DNA from: Proteobacteria bacterium UBA3413
GTDB taxonomy: Bacteria > Pseudomonadota > Gammaproteobacteria > Magnimaribacterales > D2472
Length of the DNA stretch: 60,261 nucleotides
Assembly: GCA_002358345.1 (NCBI GenBank)
Contig: DEOR01000024.1
Location: 1-60,261 of the forward strand
Direction of reading: 5' to 3'
Shown piece by piece: positions 48,642-56,924 of the stretch (position 1 is the first letter of the stretch; each line of letters starts with the position of its first letter). The notes beneath the pieces are model-generated. The model had not been told where the DNA came from, made no database searches, and saw only the letters and a list, made by a program, of their open reading frames with translations. The position numbers and the translations under genes are program-made.

Positions 48642-49130
48642 ATGCGCACAAAAAGAATCGGAAAATGGCTTCTTGAACCAGAGCTTCGCATGCATTTAAA
48701 TAATGCAGAGGACCTCTCTTGGTTGCTGGAAGATGGCTCCATCACGCAGAAAATTTCTGGTATGGCAATTTTTCAGTTAGAGATTATCAGGGATCAACTG
48801 GGACTGGCGAGCATGAATGAGTACTGGGCACTCGGCCTTTTTCCGCAACCAGTAAGAGTTCGTGAAGTGATTCTGTCTGGCAATAATCAACCCATGGTGT
48901 ATGCAAAAAGCATCATCCCTTTCTCAACCTCCAGCAAAGGATATCCTGAGCTTGAAAAAATCGGGAGCAAGCCTCTGGGTGACTTAATCTTTACCAGCGA
49001 TCTATTTATCAAGGAAAGCAGAATGTTTGCGCCATTCATAAAACATGGTGATCCATCTAAGGTATGGGGCAGAAGAACAAATTATTCGGTTCAAGGATAT
49101 CCATTTAGCATCATGGAGGTATTCTTGTAA
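48642..49130 (+). CDS. ubiC: Chorismate pyruvate-lyase
   Basis: 162 aa. WLLEDGSITQKI resembles the E. coli UbiC LLEDGSMTKRF region. Immediately upstream of ubiA. Confidence 0.8.
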   Translation: MRTKRIGKWLLEPELRMHLNNAEDLSWLLEDGSITQKISGMAIFQLEIIRDQLGLASMNEYWALGLFPQPVRVREVILSGNNQPMVYAKSIIPFSTSSKGYPELEKIGSKPLGDLIFTSDLFIKESRMFAPFIKHGDPSKVWGRRTNYSVQGYPFSIMEVFL

Positions 49131-49134
49131 GATC

Positions 49135-49974
49135 ATGCAAAAAATTACTGCAATCTTTGAGCTCATGAGGCTTGATAAACCAATTGGAATCTATTTGTTG
49201 CTTTGGCCTGCGCTCATAGCTCTTGTAATAAGTACTGAGGGGCATCCTCTACTCTGGCAAGTAGGCATGGTAGTGTTGGGCAGTATTCTGGTTCGCTCCG
49301 CAGGATGTGTCATCAATGACATTTGGGACAGAGATCTAGATGGCAAGGTAACTAGGACAAAAGCCAGGCCACTTCCAAGCCAAAGACTAACCCTCACAGA
49401 AGCATGGCTGATTTTTATAGTTCTAGGAGGCTTGAGTCTTTCTTTATTGGCTCTCGTGAACATGAATACGCTAATAATTAGTGCGTTATTTGCTGGGTTA
49501 ATTATTTTATACCCACTAACTAAAAGATTTTTTATCGGACCTCAACTATTCCTGGGCATCACGTTCAACCCAGTCATTATTGTGTTTGCACTTACAGAAC
49601 AATTAAGCAATCCTGTAATGCCATACCTATTCTTTGCAATTGCATCTCTGACTATTGCATTTGATTCATTTTATGGATTAACCGACAGGGAGGATGATAT
49701 CCATTTGAAGATAAACTCTACCCCTTTGTGGTGGGGCAAAAAAACTCTACCAATAATTATGGGATTTCAAATCATGGCTATTTGTCTATTAGGAATAATT
49801 GGAAAAATTGATGGGCTTGAATTAATTTGGTTTCAAGGACTCATTATTCTAGGTGGTTTTTTTATCTTTCAGCACAAGCTTGCAAGAGAGAGAAAATATT
49901 TAGCTGCATTTAAAAATAATCATTGGGCCAGTCTCATTCTTTTAATTTTAGCTCTAGGTTCCTATAGTCTTTAG
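49135..49974 (+). CDS. ubiA: 4-hydroxybenzoate polyprenyltransferase
   Basis: Start at MQKITAIFELMRLDKPIG. NDIWDRDLD (NDxxDxxxD) motif and multiple TM helices. The track start at 49045 lies inside ubiC. Confidence 0.93.
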   Translation: MQKITAIFELMRLDKPIGIYLLLWPALIALVISTEGHPLLWQVGMVVLGSILVRSAGCVINDIWDRDLDGKVTRTKARPLPSQRLTLTEAWLIFIVLGGLSLSLLALVNMNTLIISALFAGLIILYPLTKRFFIGPQLFLGITFNPVIIVFALTEQLSNPVMPYLFFAIASLTIAFDSFYGLTDREDDIHLKINSTPLWWGKKTLPIIMGFQIMAICLLGIIGKIDGLELIWFQGLIILGGFFIFQHKLARERKYLAAFKNNHWASLILLILALGSYSL

Positions 49975-49983
49975 AAAAATAAC

Positions 49984-51117
49984 ATGCAGCCTACAATTCA
50001 AAAAATAGAGCTAGGGAAATTGGCTGGTATAAAAAATACATTACCTTTTCACAACCCATTCGAAAGTATTGAGTATTTAAAGGCAATGGAAGATAGCCAA
50101 TCTGCCTCTGAGCAGTCTGGTTGGATACCAGAGCATTTAGGCAAAATAGAAAGCGGCCAATTAGTTGGTCTGTTACCTCTCTACAAAAAATTTAATAGCT
50201 ATGGTGAATTTATTTTTGATCACCAATGGGCCAATGCACTTCAACAGGCTGGAAGAAATTACTACCCAAAACTTTTAACTGCCGTGCCCTTTACTCCTTG
50301 CGAGGGTGATAGGATTTTGGGGAATACCGATACAAATAAAATAGAGTTAATAGATGCTTGCATAGACAAACTAAAAACAGAACAAATAGAAAGCTGGCAT
50401 GTGCTATTTCCAAATAATGCAGGGAAGAAGATCCTTAAACAAAAAGAATTGATAGAAAGATTTAATTATCGATTTGTATGGAGAAATAATAAATATGCTA
50501 CTTTCACTGATTTTCTTTCAATCTTTACCTCTCGGCAAAGAGCCACAATTCGAAAAGAAAGACAAAGTATTGAGAAGATAGGCATTACTTTTCGATGCAA
50601 AAAAGCCGATGAAGTTACCTTGGAAGATTGGGATATTTTTTATCCCTTTTATCAACAAACATACCTCGAAAGGGGTCAAAGCCCCTACCTAAAAAGAGAT
50701 TTTTTTTATCAAATAAATACCTCAAATCAAAAACTTAAGCCTGTAATATTTTTTGCCTATCAAGATGATATGCCAATAGCTGCGTCGCTTTGCTTCGAGG
50801 GTCGGAATACTCTTTACGGGAGACACTGGGGTGCGCTCACCAAAGTAAAGAACCTGCACTTTGAATGTTGCTACTACCAAGGCATTGATTACTGCATTAA
50901 CAATAATATTAAATTTTTTGATCCTGGGGTGCAGGGTGAGCATAAAATTAGAAGAGGCTTCCAGCCTCAAATAGATTCTTCATTTCATTATTTTTTACAT
51001 AGTGATTTAAGTACTGCTGTTAAAAACTTTTGTGATTCCGAGAAGAGGCAAATTGAGACTTACATTGAAGCTTGCAAGACATATACACCATTTAACAAAG
51101 ATTATAGAATTGAGTAG
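49984..51117 (+). CDS. DUF482 / FemAB-like GNAT-fold protein (COG3146)
   Basis: 377 aa. Length and conserved stretches (YGEFIFDHQWA, LYGRHWG, FDPGVQGEHKIRRGF) recall the DUF482 family. Recognised from memory only. Confidence 0.55.
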   Translation: MQPTIQKIELGKLAGIKNTLPFHNPFESIEYLKAMEDSQSASEQSGWIPEHLGKIESGQLVGLLPLYKKFNSYGEFIFDHQWANALQQAGRNYYPKLLTAVPFTPCEGDRILGNTDTNKIELIDACIDKLKTEQIESWHVLFPNNAGKKILKQKELIERFNYRFVWRNNKYATFTDFLSIFTSRQRATIRKERQSIEKIGITFRCKKADEVTLEDWDIFYPFYQQTYLERGQSPYLKRDFFYQINTSNQKLKPVIFFAYQDDMPIAASLCFEGRNTLYGRHWGALTKVKNLHFECCYYQGIDYCINNNIKFFDPGVQGEHKIRRGFQPQIDSSFHYFLHSDLSTAVKNFCDSEKRQIETYIEACKTYTPFNKDYRIE

Positions 51118-51549
51118 ATGGATAAATCACTCAAAACTAGCAATCATTTAAGCGCCTGCTCTACTAATTTTCTAAGGCTAAAAAAAATTCTAAAGGGTTT
51201 TGGGAAAGAAAAATATTCTTTTGATATTTTATACTCTGAAGCAAAATGCAAAGCTGAGTTCGTTGTGATATCAAGGACGCCACATACCTTAATACTTGAA
51301 GCAAAATTTTTTAATCACGAGTCTGCATTAATAGATTTTTTACTCAGAGTGAATATTTATATTGATGCGAGGATGGCAGAAGTCATTTCATATCAACAAG
51401 AAAAACCAGTGCCATTTTTTATCAAAGCGCCCTTCTCGCAATCACAAGATGAAAAGTATCAACAAAATAGAATATTGACCGAATGGTTGGAGAATATTTT
51501 TATTCATGGAGCAATTGAGAAACAAGAAATCGATTTTCTAAATGACTAA
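51118..51549 (+). CDS. yqiB: DUF1249 protein YqiB
   Basis: 143 aa. CSTNFLRLKKIL, NIYIDARMAEVISYQQ and QDEKYQQNRILTEWL...HGA align with E. coli YqiB CEMNFSQLRRLL, RLYHDAMVAEVCSSQQ and RDEKHQINQFLADWL...HGA. Confidence 0.8.
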   Translation: MDKSLKTSNHLSACSTNFLRLKKILKGFGKEKYSFDILYSEAKCKAEFVVISRTPHTLILEAKFFNHESALIDFLLRVNIYIDARMAEVISYQQEKPVPFFIKAPFSQSQDEKYQQNRILTEWLENIFIHGAIEKQEIDFLND

Positions 51550-52117
51550 GATTTTATATCTTCATGGCTTTGCGTCTTCGGCCGATTCAACTAAAGCACT
51601 TCAGCTTAAAAAATATATTGAGCTTCACACAAAGCAAACTAACATCCTCATACCAAATATAGAAAATAATATTTTGAAGGCTGTGGACCAAATTAATTTA
51701 CTAATGCAAACAGAAAAACCCACTGCATTAATTGGGAGTTCATTAGGAGGCTTTTATGGAACATATTTTGCTGAAGAATATGGCGTGAAATTTATTGGGA
51801 TTAATCCCGCAGTGATGCCGCCAGCTCAAATGTCTCAATACTTAGGAGAAAATAAAAATTATTCGACAGGAGAAAAATTTATTATTAACCAAGATCAATT
51901 GGATCTGCTGGATGCCATGGCCGAAAAAATTAAAACTATTAAGCCTGGTTCTAATTACATGGTGTTACTTCAATCTTTAGATGAGGTATTGGACTATCGA
52001 GCTGCCCTAAGCTTTTATAGGGGGGCTTATCTGAATGTAACATATGGAGGAAGTCATTCATTTGAAAATTTCGAAGATTATTTTCAAAAAATTAGATTAT
52101 TTCTAAATTTGCACTAA
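51542..52117 (+). CDS. yqiA: YqiA-type alpha/beta esterase (UPF0227)
   Basis: 191 aa. ILYLHGFASS, GSSLGGFY, DEVLDYR and GGSHSF are colinear with E. coli YqiA. Confidence 0.87.
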   Translation: MTKILYLHGFASSADSTKALQLKKYIELHTKQTNILIPNIENNILKAVDQINLLMQTEKPTALIGSSLGGFYGTYFAEEYGVKFIGINPAVMPPAQMSQYLGENKNYSTGEKFIINQDQLDLLDAMAEKIKTIKPGSNYMVLLQSLDEVLDYRAALSFYRGAYLNVTYGGSHSFENFEDYFQKIRLFLNLH

Positions 52118-52126
52118 TATTGTGCA
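52110..52126 (+). promoter_or_regulatory. NtrC (NRI) binding site 1, TGCAC-N7-GTGCA dyad
   Basis: TGCACTAATATTGTGCA has perfect outer pentamers of the NtrC consensus TGCACCnnnnnGGTGCA. It overlaps the yqiA stop codon and is centred about 92 nt upstream of the predicted sigma54 transcription start. Confidence 0.6.
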
Positions 52127-52160
52127 AAAAATATATTTTGCTCTATAATAAAGCATTAAT

Positions 52161-52177
52161 TGCACTAATAAAGTGCA
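52161..52177 (+). promoter_or_regulatory. NtrC (NRI) binding site 2, TGCAC-N7-GTGCA dyad
   Basis: TGCACTAATAAAGTGCA is nearly identical to site 1. The centres are 51 bp apart. The site ends 7 nt before the -24 element. Confidence 0.6.
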
Positions 52178-52184
52178 AATAAAT

Positions 52185-52200
52185 TGGCATATAAATTGCT
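52185..52200 (+). promoter_or_regulatory. Sigma54 (-24/-12) promoter of the glutamine synthetase gene
   Basis: TGGCATATAAATTGCT matches TGGCAC-N5-TTGCW with exact GG-N10-GC spacing. It is followed by a GAGGAG Shine-Dalgarno at 52229-52234 and the ATG at 52241. ntrB and ntrC lie downstream. Confidence 0.72.
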
Positions 52201-52240
52201 TGTATAATATTGCTACATAAATAAATTTGAGGAGACACTT

Positions 52241-53221
52241 ATGGCAGATTATAAAACTTATGAATATATTTGGTTAGATGGATATCAACCAGAGCCTTCA
52301 ATGCGAAGCAAGGTCAAGGCAACGGATGCCAGCACTCCACCAGAATGGTCGTTTGACGGCTCGTCTACTAAACAAGCAGAAGGCGGCAAATCTGATTGTT
52401 TGTTAATACCAGTGCAGACTTATGAAAACCCAAACGGGCATGACTTAGTAATGACTCAGGTGCAATCTTCAGATCATACGACTCACCCATCTAATTTTAG
52501 AGCAGAAGCAGAAAAAATAGTGACTGATGAATGGTGGTTCGGTTTTGAACAAGAGTTTTTCTTCACAGACCCTGAAACAGGAAATCCTCTAGGCTGGGAA
52601 AATGGAGAGCCTAGACCTCAAGGAGACTATTACTGTGGAGTTGGTGCCGGGAATGTTGTCGGCAGAGAAATTTCAGATGTTCACCTTCAAGTCTGTCTGG
52701 ATTTAGGAATTACATTAACCGGAACAAATGCTGAAGTTGCACTTGGTCAATGGGAATATCAATGCCTAGGAAAAGGAATCAAGGCCGCTGATGACCTCTG
52801 GATAAGCAGATACTTGCTTTATAAGGTTGCGGAAGAGTTTGGTGTGGGTGTAAATCTCCACCCCAAACCTAAAACTGGCGATTGGAATGGATCTGGCATG
52901 CATACGAATTTCTCTAATGAAGAGATGCGGACGCGCGGCTCTGAAAAGCTCTTCACATCAATGTGTGACAAACTTGGTGAAGTGCATGCAGAAGGAATAG
53001 CTTCATATGGCTCCGATAACGACAAGAGATTGACCGGACGGCATGAAACTCAAAGCATTGATATCTTCTCATACGGAGTAAGTGATAGGGGGGCAAGTAT
53101 CAGAATTCCTATCTATACTGTTGAGCATAATTGGAATGGCTATTTAGAAGATAGAAGGCCAGCTTCCAATGCTGATCCATATAAAATTCTTTCTCACATT
53201 GTAGGAACTCTTACAAAATAA
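52241..53221 (+). CDS. glnII: Glutamine synthetase type II (eukaryote-like GSII)
   Basis: 326 aa. MADYKTYEYIWLDG, WWFGFEQEFF, GTNAEVALGQWEYQ, NGSGMHTNFS, RLTGRHET and SDRGASIRIP are GSII signatures. Size is similar to rhizobial GlnII. Confidence 0.85.
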   Translation: MADYKTYEYIWLDGYQPEPSMRSKVKATDASTPPEWSFDGSSTKQAEGGKSDCLLIPVQTYENPNGHDLVMTQVQSSDHTTHPSNFRAEAEKIVTDEWWFGFEQEFFFTDPETGNPLGWENGEPRPQGDYYCGVGAGNVVGREISDVHLQVCLDLGITLTGTNAEVALGQWEYQCLGKGIKAADDLWISRYLLYKVAEEFGVGVNLHPKPKTGDWNGSGMHTNFSNEEMRTRGSEKLFTSMCDKLGEVHAEGIASYGSDNDKRLTGRHETQSIDIFSYGVSDRGASIRIPIYTVEHNWNGYLEDRRPASNADPYKILSHIVGTLTK

Positions 53222-53258
53222 TGGTTTATCTTGCTTAACCAGACTAAGAATTCTAAAC

Positions 53259-53287
53259 ATAGCCTCCTTTATAGGGGGCTATTTTTT
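53259..53287 (+). terminator. Rho-independent terminator between glnII and ntrB
   Basis: ATAGCCTCC-TTTATA-GGGGGCTAT forms a 9-bp stem (one G-U) with a 6-nt loop, followed by a T-run (TTTTTTG). Confidence 0.75.
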
Positions 53288-53301
53288 GCTTCAAATAAAT
53301 T

Positions 53302-54387
53302 ATGAATAAGATTGAATTCGAAGCTTTTAATAGCCTAAATACTGAGATTATTATTCTCAATGCCCAGGATTTATCTTTGCTGTGGTTGAATGATTCTGCA
53401 AAAGCTGCAAATTGGATTACAGATCCCTCGATCAATAACACTGGAGATATTTTTTCAATGCTAGATGAGCCCGCGGCTGAACAAATAAAAGAGCTGCTTA
53501 GTCAGGCCAAAAAAAATGCTAGCTCAATCACCCGAAGAGATTTTATGATTGGAGAGCATTCTGAACAACTGAGAACGCTTGATCTCACTGTGACCTATTC
53601 TGAAAAAAAAGACCTTATTTTCATTGAAGCATTAAATACAGACAATCTAAATAAAATTATTGATTCCACTAGAAGTTTTGCAAGTCAGAAAATTGCAGCT
53701 GGATTAGCTCGAACGCTAGCCCATGAAGTAAAAAATCCTTTATCTGGAATTAAGGGTAGCGCTCAAATTCTCAAGTCAAAATACTCAGATGATTTCTCTA
53801 AAAAGTTCTTAAAAATCATTGAAGACGAGACGGACAGACTAAATGAAATTGTTACAAAAATTCTAACCCCTGCAAAAAAACCAACCTTCGCTTATTTCAA
53901 CTTGCATGAAGCATTGCAAAGAGTATTGGCTCTTACTGATGCTGAGACGCAAGAAAATTTAACTATCAGCAGAAACTTTGATCCCAGTATTCCTGAAATC
54001 TATGGCGATAAAAATTTATTTATTCAGGCGCTAATGAACATTGTAAAAAATGCCATGCAGGCCTGCTCTGATTACTCTGAGATACCGATGCTCAGTATCA
54101 AAACTCATATTACATACAGGCAACCGATTAATGGCACTATTCATGGCACCCTGGCTGAAATTATTATTAGTGACAATGGCCCGGGTATTGAGCCTGATCT
54201 ACATGACCAAATATTCTTTCCAATGGTTTCGAGCAAAGAAACAGGCTCAGGGATTGGGCTATCAATAGCTCAAGATATTATCAGAATTCATGGTGGAGCT
54301 ATTTCTTTTGAACGCAGAAATGAGGAAACACTATTTTCAATTTTAATACCCATCTCTCAAGCTATGCAGGGTGCTCAAAGTGCATAA
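53302..54387 (+). CDS. ntrB: Nitrogen regulation sensor histidine kinase NtrB
   Basis: 361 aa. N-terminal PAS-like region, H-box HEVKNPLSGIKGSAQ, N box, G boxes DNGPGI and GSGIGLSIA. Confidence 0.88.
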   Translation: MNKIEFEAFNSLNTEIIILNAQDLSLLWLNDSAKAANWITDPSINNTGDIFSMLDEPAAEQIKELLSQAKKNASSITRRDFMIGEHSEQLRTLDLTVTYSEKKDLIFIEALNTDNLNKIIDSTRSFASQKIAAGLARTLAHEVKNPLSGIKGSAQILKSKYSDDFSKKFLKIIEDETDRLNEIVTKILTPAKKPTFAYFNLHEALQRVLALTDAETQENLTISRNFDPSIPEIYGDKNLFIQALMNIVKNAMQACSDYSEIPMLSIKTHITYRQPINGTIHGTLAEIIISDNGPGIEPDLHDQIFFPMVSSKETGSGIGLSIAQDIIRIHGGAISFERRNEETLFSILIPISQAMQGAQSA

Positions 54388-55756
54388 CATATGGATTGCT
54401 GATGATGATGAGGCTATTCGCATGGTCCTTGAGGAGGGATTAAAAAGTGATAAATTGGCAATTACTACTTTTGCTAGTGGCGATCTACTCATCGAGGCAT
54501 TAAATGCTACCCAGCCTGATTTAATTATCTCGGACATTAAGATGCCTGGAATGCAAGGCTATGATCTCTTGAAACATATCAAGAATAATTATGAGAAGCT
54601 GCCAGTAATTATCATGACAGCTTTTACTGACATGCAAGCTGCAATTGATGCCTATGGCGGAGGTGCCTTTGAATATATTCCCAAGCCATTTGATTTAGAT
54701 GAAGCGCTGCAAACGATTAATCGGGCTCTTGAAGAAAATAAGCAAACAGCCCCAAAAAAAATCTCTAAATCTGAAATTATTGGTTCTGCAGCTTCTATGC
54801 AAGTAGTATTTCGCTCCATTGGGAAACTCGCCAATACAAATGCAACGGTTCTAATTCAAGGCGAATCAGGCACAGGCAAAGAGCTTGTTTCAAAATCACT
54901 CCATAAAAATAGCCCAAGATTTGATATGCCTTTTATTGCATTAAATATGGCAGATATTCCAAAAGAATTGATCGAATCTGAATTATTTGGTCACGAGAAA
55001 GGCGCCTTCACTGGAGCGGTAGAGCAACGAATAGGTCGATTTGAGCAAGCGAATGGAGGCACTCTCTTTCTTGATGAGATAGGTGATATGCCTTTAGAAA
55101 CACAAACTAGATTACTGCGAGTGCTGTCAAATAAAGAATTTTTTCGGGTAGGCGGAGATAAGCCCGTCAAAGTAGATGTGCGAATTCTGGCGGCAACTCA
55201 CCAAAGCTTGGAGTCGCTAGTTGCAGCTGGAACATTTCGAGAAGACCTCTACTACCGATTAAATGTTATTCGTGTAGAAGTGCCTCCACTGCGAGAAAGA
55301 AAAGAGGATATAGGAGATTTAACATCAGCATTTTTAAAAATGCATGCGGACTCTTTGATGGAGCAAAGTAAATCTCTGTCCCATGAGGCATTGCTTGCTC
55401 TAACAGCCTATGATTGGCCGGGTAATGTGAGGCAGCTTGAAAATACTTGTTATTGGATTGCATTAATGGCCCCAACTGACAATGTGAAGCTCGAAGATCT
55501 GCCAAAGGAAATTTTCAAAGGCAGGTCGCCTGCTGAAAAAAAATCTTCTAATTGGGAGGCAGGATTTTCGCAGTGGCTTGCAGATATTTATCAGAGCAAT
55601 CCAGAGAACATGCTTGAAGTCATAGAGCCTACACTAGATAAATTGATGATTAATTTTGCGCTAGAAAAAACTAAAGGGAAAAAACATGAAGCTGCTAAAG
55701 TCTTAGGCTTAGGAAGAAATACCTTAGCAAAGAAAATAAACTCTCAGAAAGATTAG
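54371..55756 (+). CDS. ntrC: Sigma54-dependent response regulator NtrC
   Basis: 461 aa with a GTG start overlapping the ntrB end. Receiver domain (ADDDEAIR, SDIKMPGM), AAA+ Walker A GESGTGKE, GAFTGA sigma54-contact motif, C-terminal Fis-type HTH AAKVLGLGRNTLAKKI. Confidence 0.93.
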   Translation: MLKVHNIWIADDDEAIRMVLEEGLKSDKLAITTFASGDLLIEALNATQPDLIISDIKMPGMQGYDLLKHIKNNYEKLPVIIMTAFTDMQAAIDAYGGGAFEYIPKPFDLDEALQTINRALEENKQTAPKKISKSEIIGSAASMQVVFRSIGKLANTNATVLIQGESGTGKELVSKSLHKNSPRFDMPFIALNMADIPKELIESELFGHEKGAFTGAVEQRIGRFEQANGGTLFLDEIGDMPLETQTRLLRVLSNKEFFRVGGDKPVKVDVRILAATHQSLESLVAAGTFREDLYYRLNVIRVEVPPLRERKEDIGDLTSAFLKMHADSLMEQSKSLSHEALLALTAYDWPGNVRQLENTCYWIALMAPTDNVKLEDLPKEIFKGRSPAEKKSSNWEAGFSQWLADIYQSNPENMLEVIEPTLDKLMINFALEKTKGKKHEAAKVLGLGRNTLAKKINSQKD

Positions 55757-56004
55757 TTCAAGTGATCCATTAAATTGCTGGCATAGTGCAAGGCAAATAA
55801 ATCATCACACCCGCCAACATGTTCCTCATCAAACCAGATTTGTGGTACCGAGGTTTTTCCAGCCTTATCTGCCATTTCAGCTCTCAGCGAGGGATTAAAA
55901 TCAACAGAAATCTCCTCAAATTCAATTCCTAGTTCTTTGAATAGCCCTTTTGCTTTATAGCAATATGGGCATGTTTGAGTTGTATATATAGTTACCACTT
56001 TCAT
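55753..56004 (-). CDS. grxC: Glutaredoxin 3
   Basis: 83 aa. CPYC active site, TSVPQIWF and GGCDDL motifs. Confidence 0.9.
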   Translation of the reverse strand: MKVVTIYTTQTCPYCYKAKGLFKELGIEFEEISVDFNPSLRAEMADKAGKTSVPQIWFDEEHVGGCDDLFALHYASNLMDHLN

Positions 56005-56011
56005 AATTTTA

Positions 56012-56455
56012 TTATTTAAGATTTATATTTTGAACTGTTACACCAGCTACGGTAAATTGAGCCTGCTCAAAAGTGGGGGCTGATAATGTGCCCATGGCAT
56101 TATTGGAGAAACCATATTGCTCCTTAGGAATCCCAAGAAAATTTTTGTCTATTTTCTTGTTTCCATTTAAATCAATAAAAAGTGCAATGGCATAAGATCC
56201 ATCTGGGAGATCAAGAGTAAACTGAGATAGCTTCTGAGATTCAATGTAGGCTTCAATGCCTGCCAACACTCCAACTTCTGATTGCTTCTCTTTTTTCACG
56301 GAATTCTCATAGTCTTCAGGATTATCATAGAGTGCCAACATCAAAGTGCCAGATTTGTCTTGGTTTCCAAGGTTAATAATGAGCTCGCCTGCAAAGCAAT
56401 CGCTGGCAAGAATGCAAACAAAAAGAAAGAAGGTATGATTTAGAAAAGATCTCAT
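56012..56455 (-). CDS. DUF2141 family exported protein
   Basis: Start at MRSFLNHTFFLFVCILASDCFA (signal peptide). LMLALYDN...IDLNGNKKIDKNFLGIPKEQYGFSNNA matches the DUF2141 pattern. Confidence 0.65.
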   Translation of the reverse strand: MRSFLNHTFFLFVCILASDCFAGELIINLGNQDKSGTLMLALYDNPEDYENSVKKEKQSEVGVLAGIEAYIESQKLSQFTLDLPDGSYAIALFIDLNGNKKIDKNFLGIPKEQYGFSNNAMGTLSAPTFEQAQFTVAGVTVQNINLK

Positions 56456-56462
56456 AGGCTCA

Positions 56463-56879
56463 TTAAGTTTGAACGAGTGGCAGACCTTCTTGTTGCCAGG
56501 TTGATATGCCACCTTTTAAAATGTAAGTGTCTTTGTAACCATGAGATTGTAGTTTTTCTCCGCTCAATGCTGCATTTCTGCCCATGGAACAAAATAAGAT
56601 AATTGGTTTATCCTGAAGCTTCAATAATTCATCATGCCTGAAATCTAGCTCATCAAATGGAATATTAACTGCCCCTGCAATCGACCCCGCCTCAAATTCT
56701 TTTTTAGGTCTAACATCTAACAATGCAGCTGATTGTTTATTAACTAATTTAGTTAGCTGTGCGCAGTCAACTCTGTTGCCTCCACGCCCAGTCTCAGAGC
56801 GAAACCATAGCAAGATAGAAATAAATAAAGGCACGGACAAGTACCAGTTATCAATTAAAAACAAATTGAATTCAAGCAT
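56463..56879 (-). CDS. Membrane-anchored rhodanese-domain protein (YibN-like)
   Basis: 138 aa. N-terminal TM helix, then a single rhodanese domain with candidate active-site Cys in ILFCSMGRNA. In E. coli a yibN-type gene precedes grxC. Confidence 0.8.
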   Translation of the reverse strand: MLEFNLFLIDNWYLSVPLFISILLWFRSETGRGGNRVDCAQLTKLVNKQSAALLDVRPKKEFEAGSIAGAVNIPFDELDFRHDELLKLQDKPIILFCSMGRNAALSGEKLQSHGYKDTYILKGGISTWQQEGLPLVQT

Positions 56880-56924
56880 TCGACTATTATCGCTTAAAAT
56901 ATATTTTCATGTGAGGTTTATATA

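Noticed and set aside
52184-52208. Possible sigma70 promoter (TTGGCA ... TATAAT) overlapping the sigma54 promoter of glnII
   Set aside because: The spacer between the hexamers is only 13 nt, outside the functional 16-18 nt range. The TTGGCA is better explained as the -24 TGGCA element.
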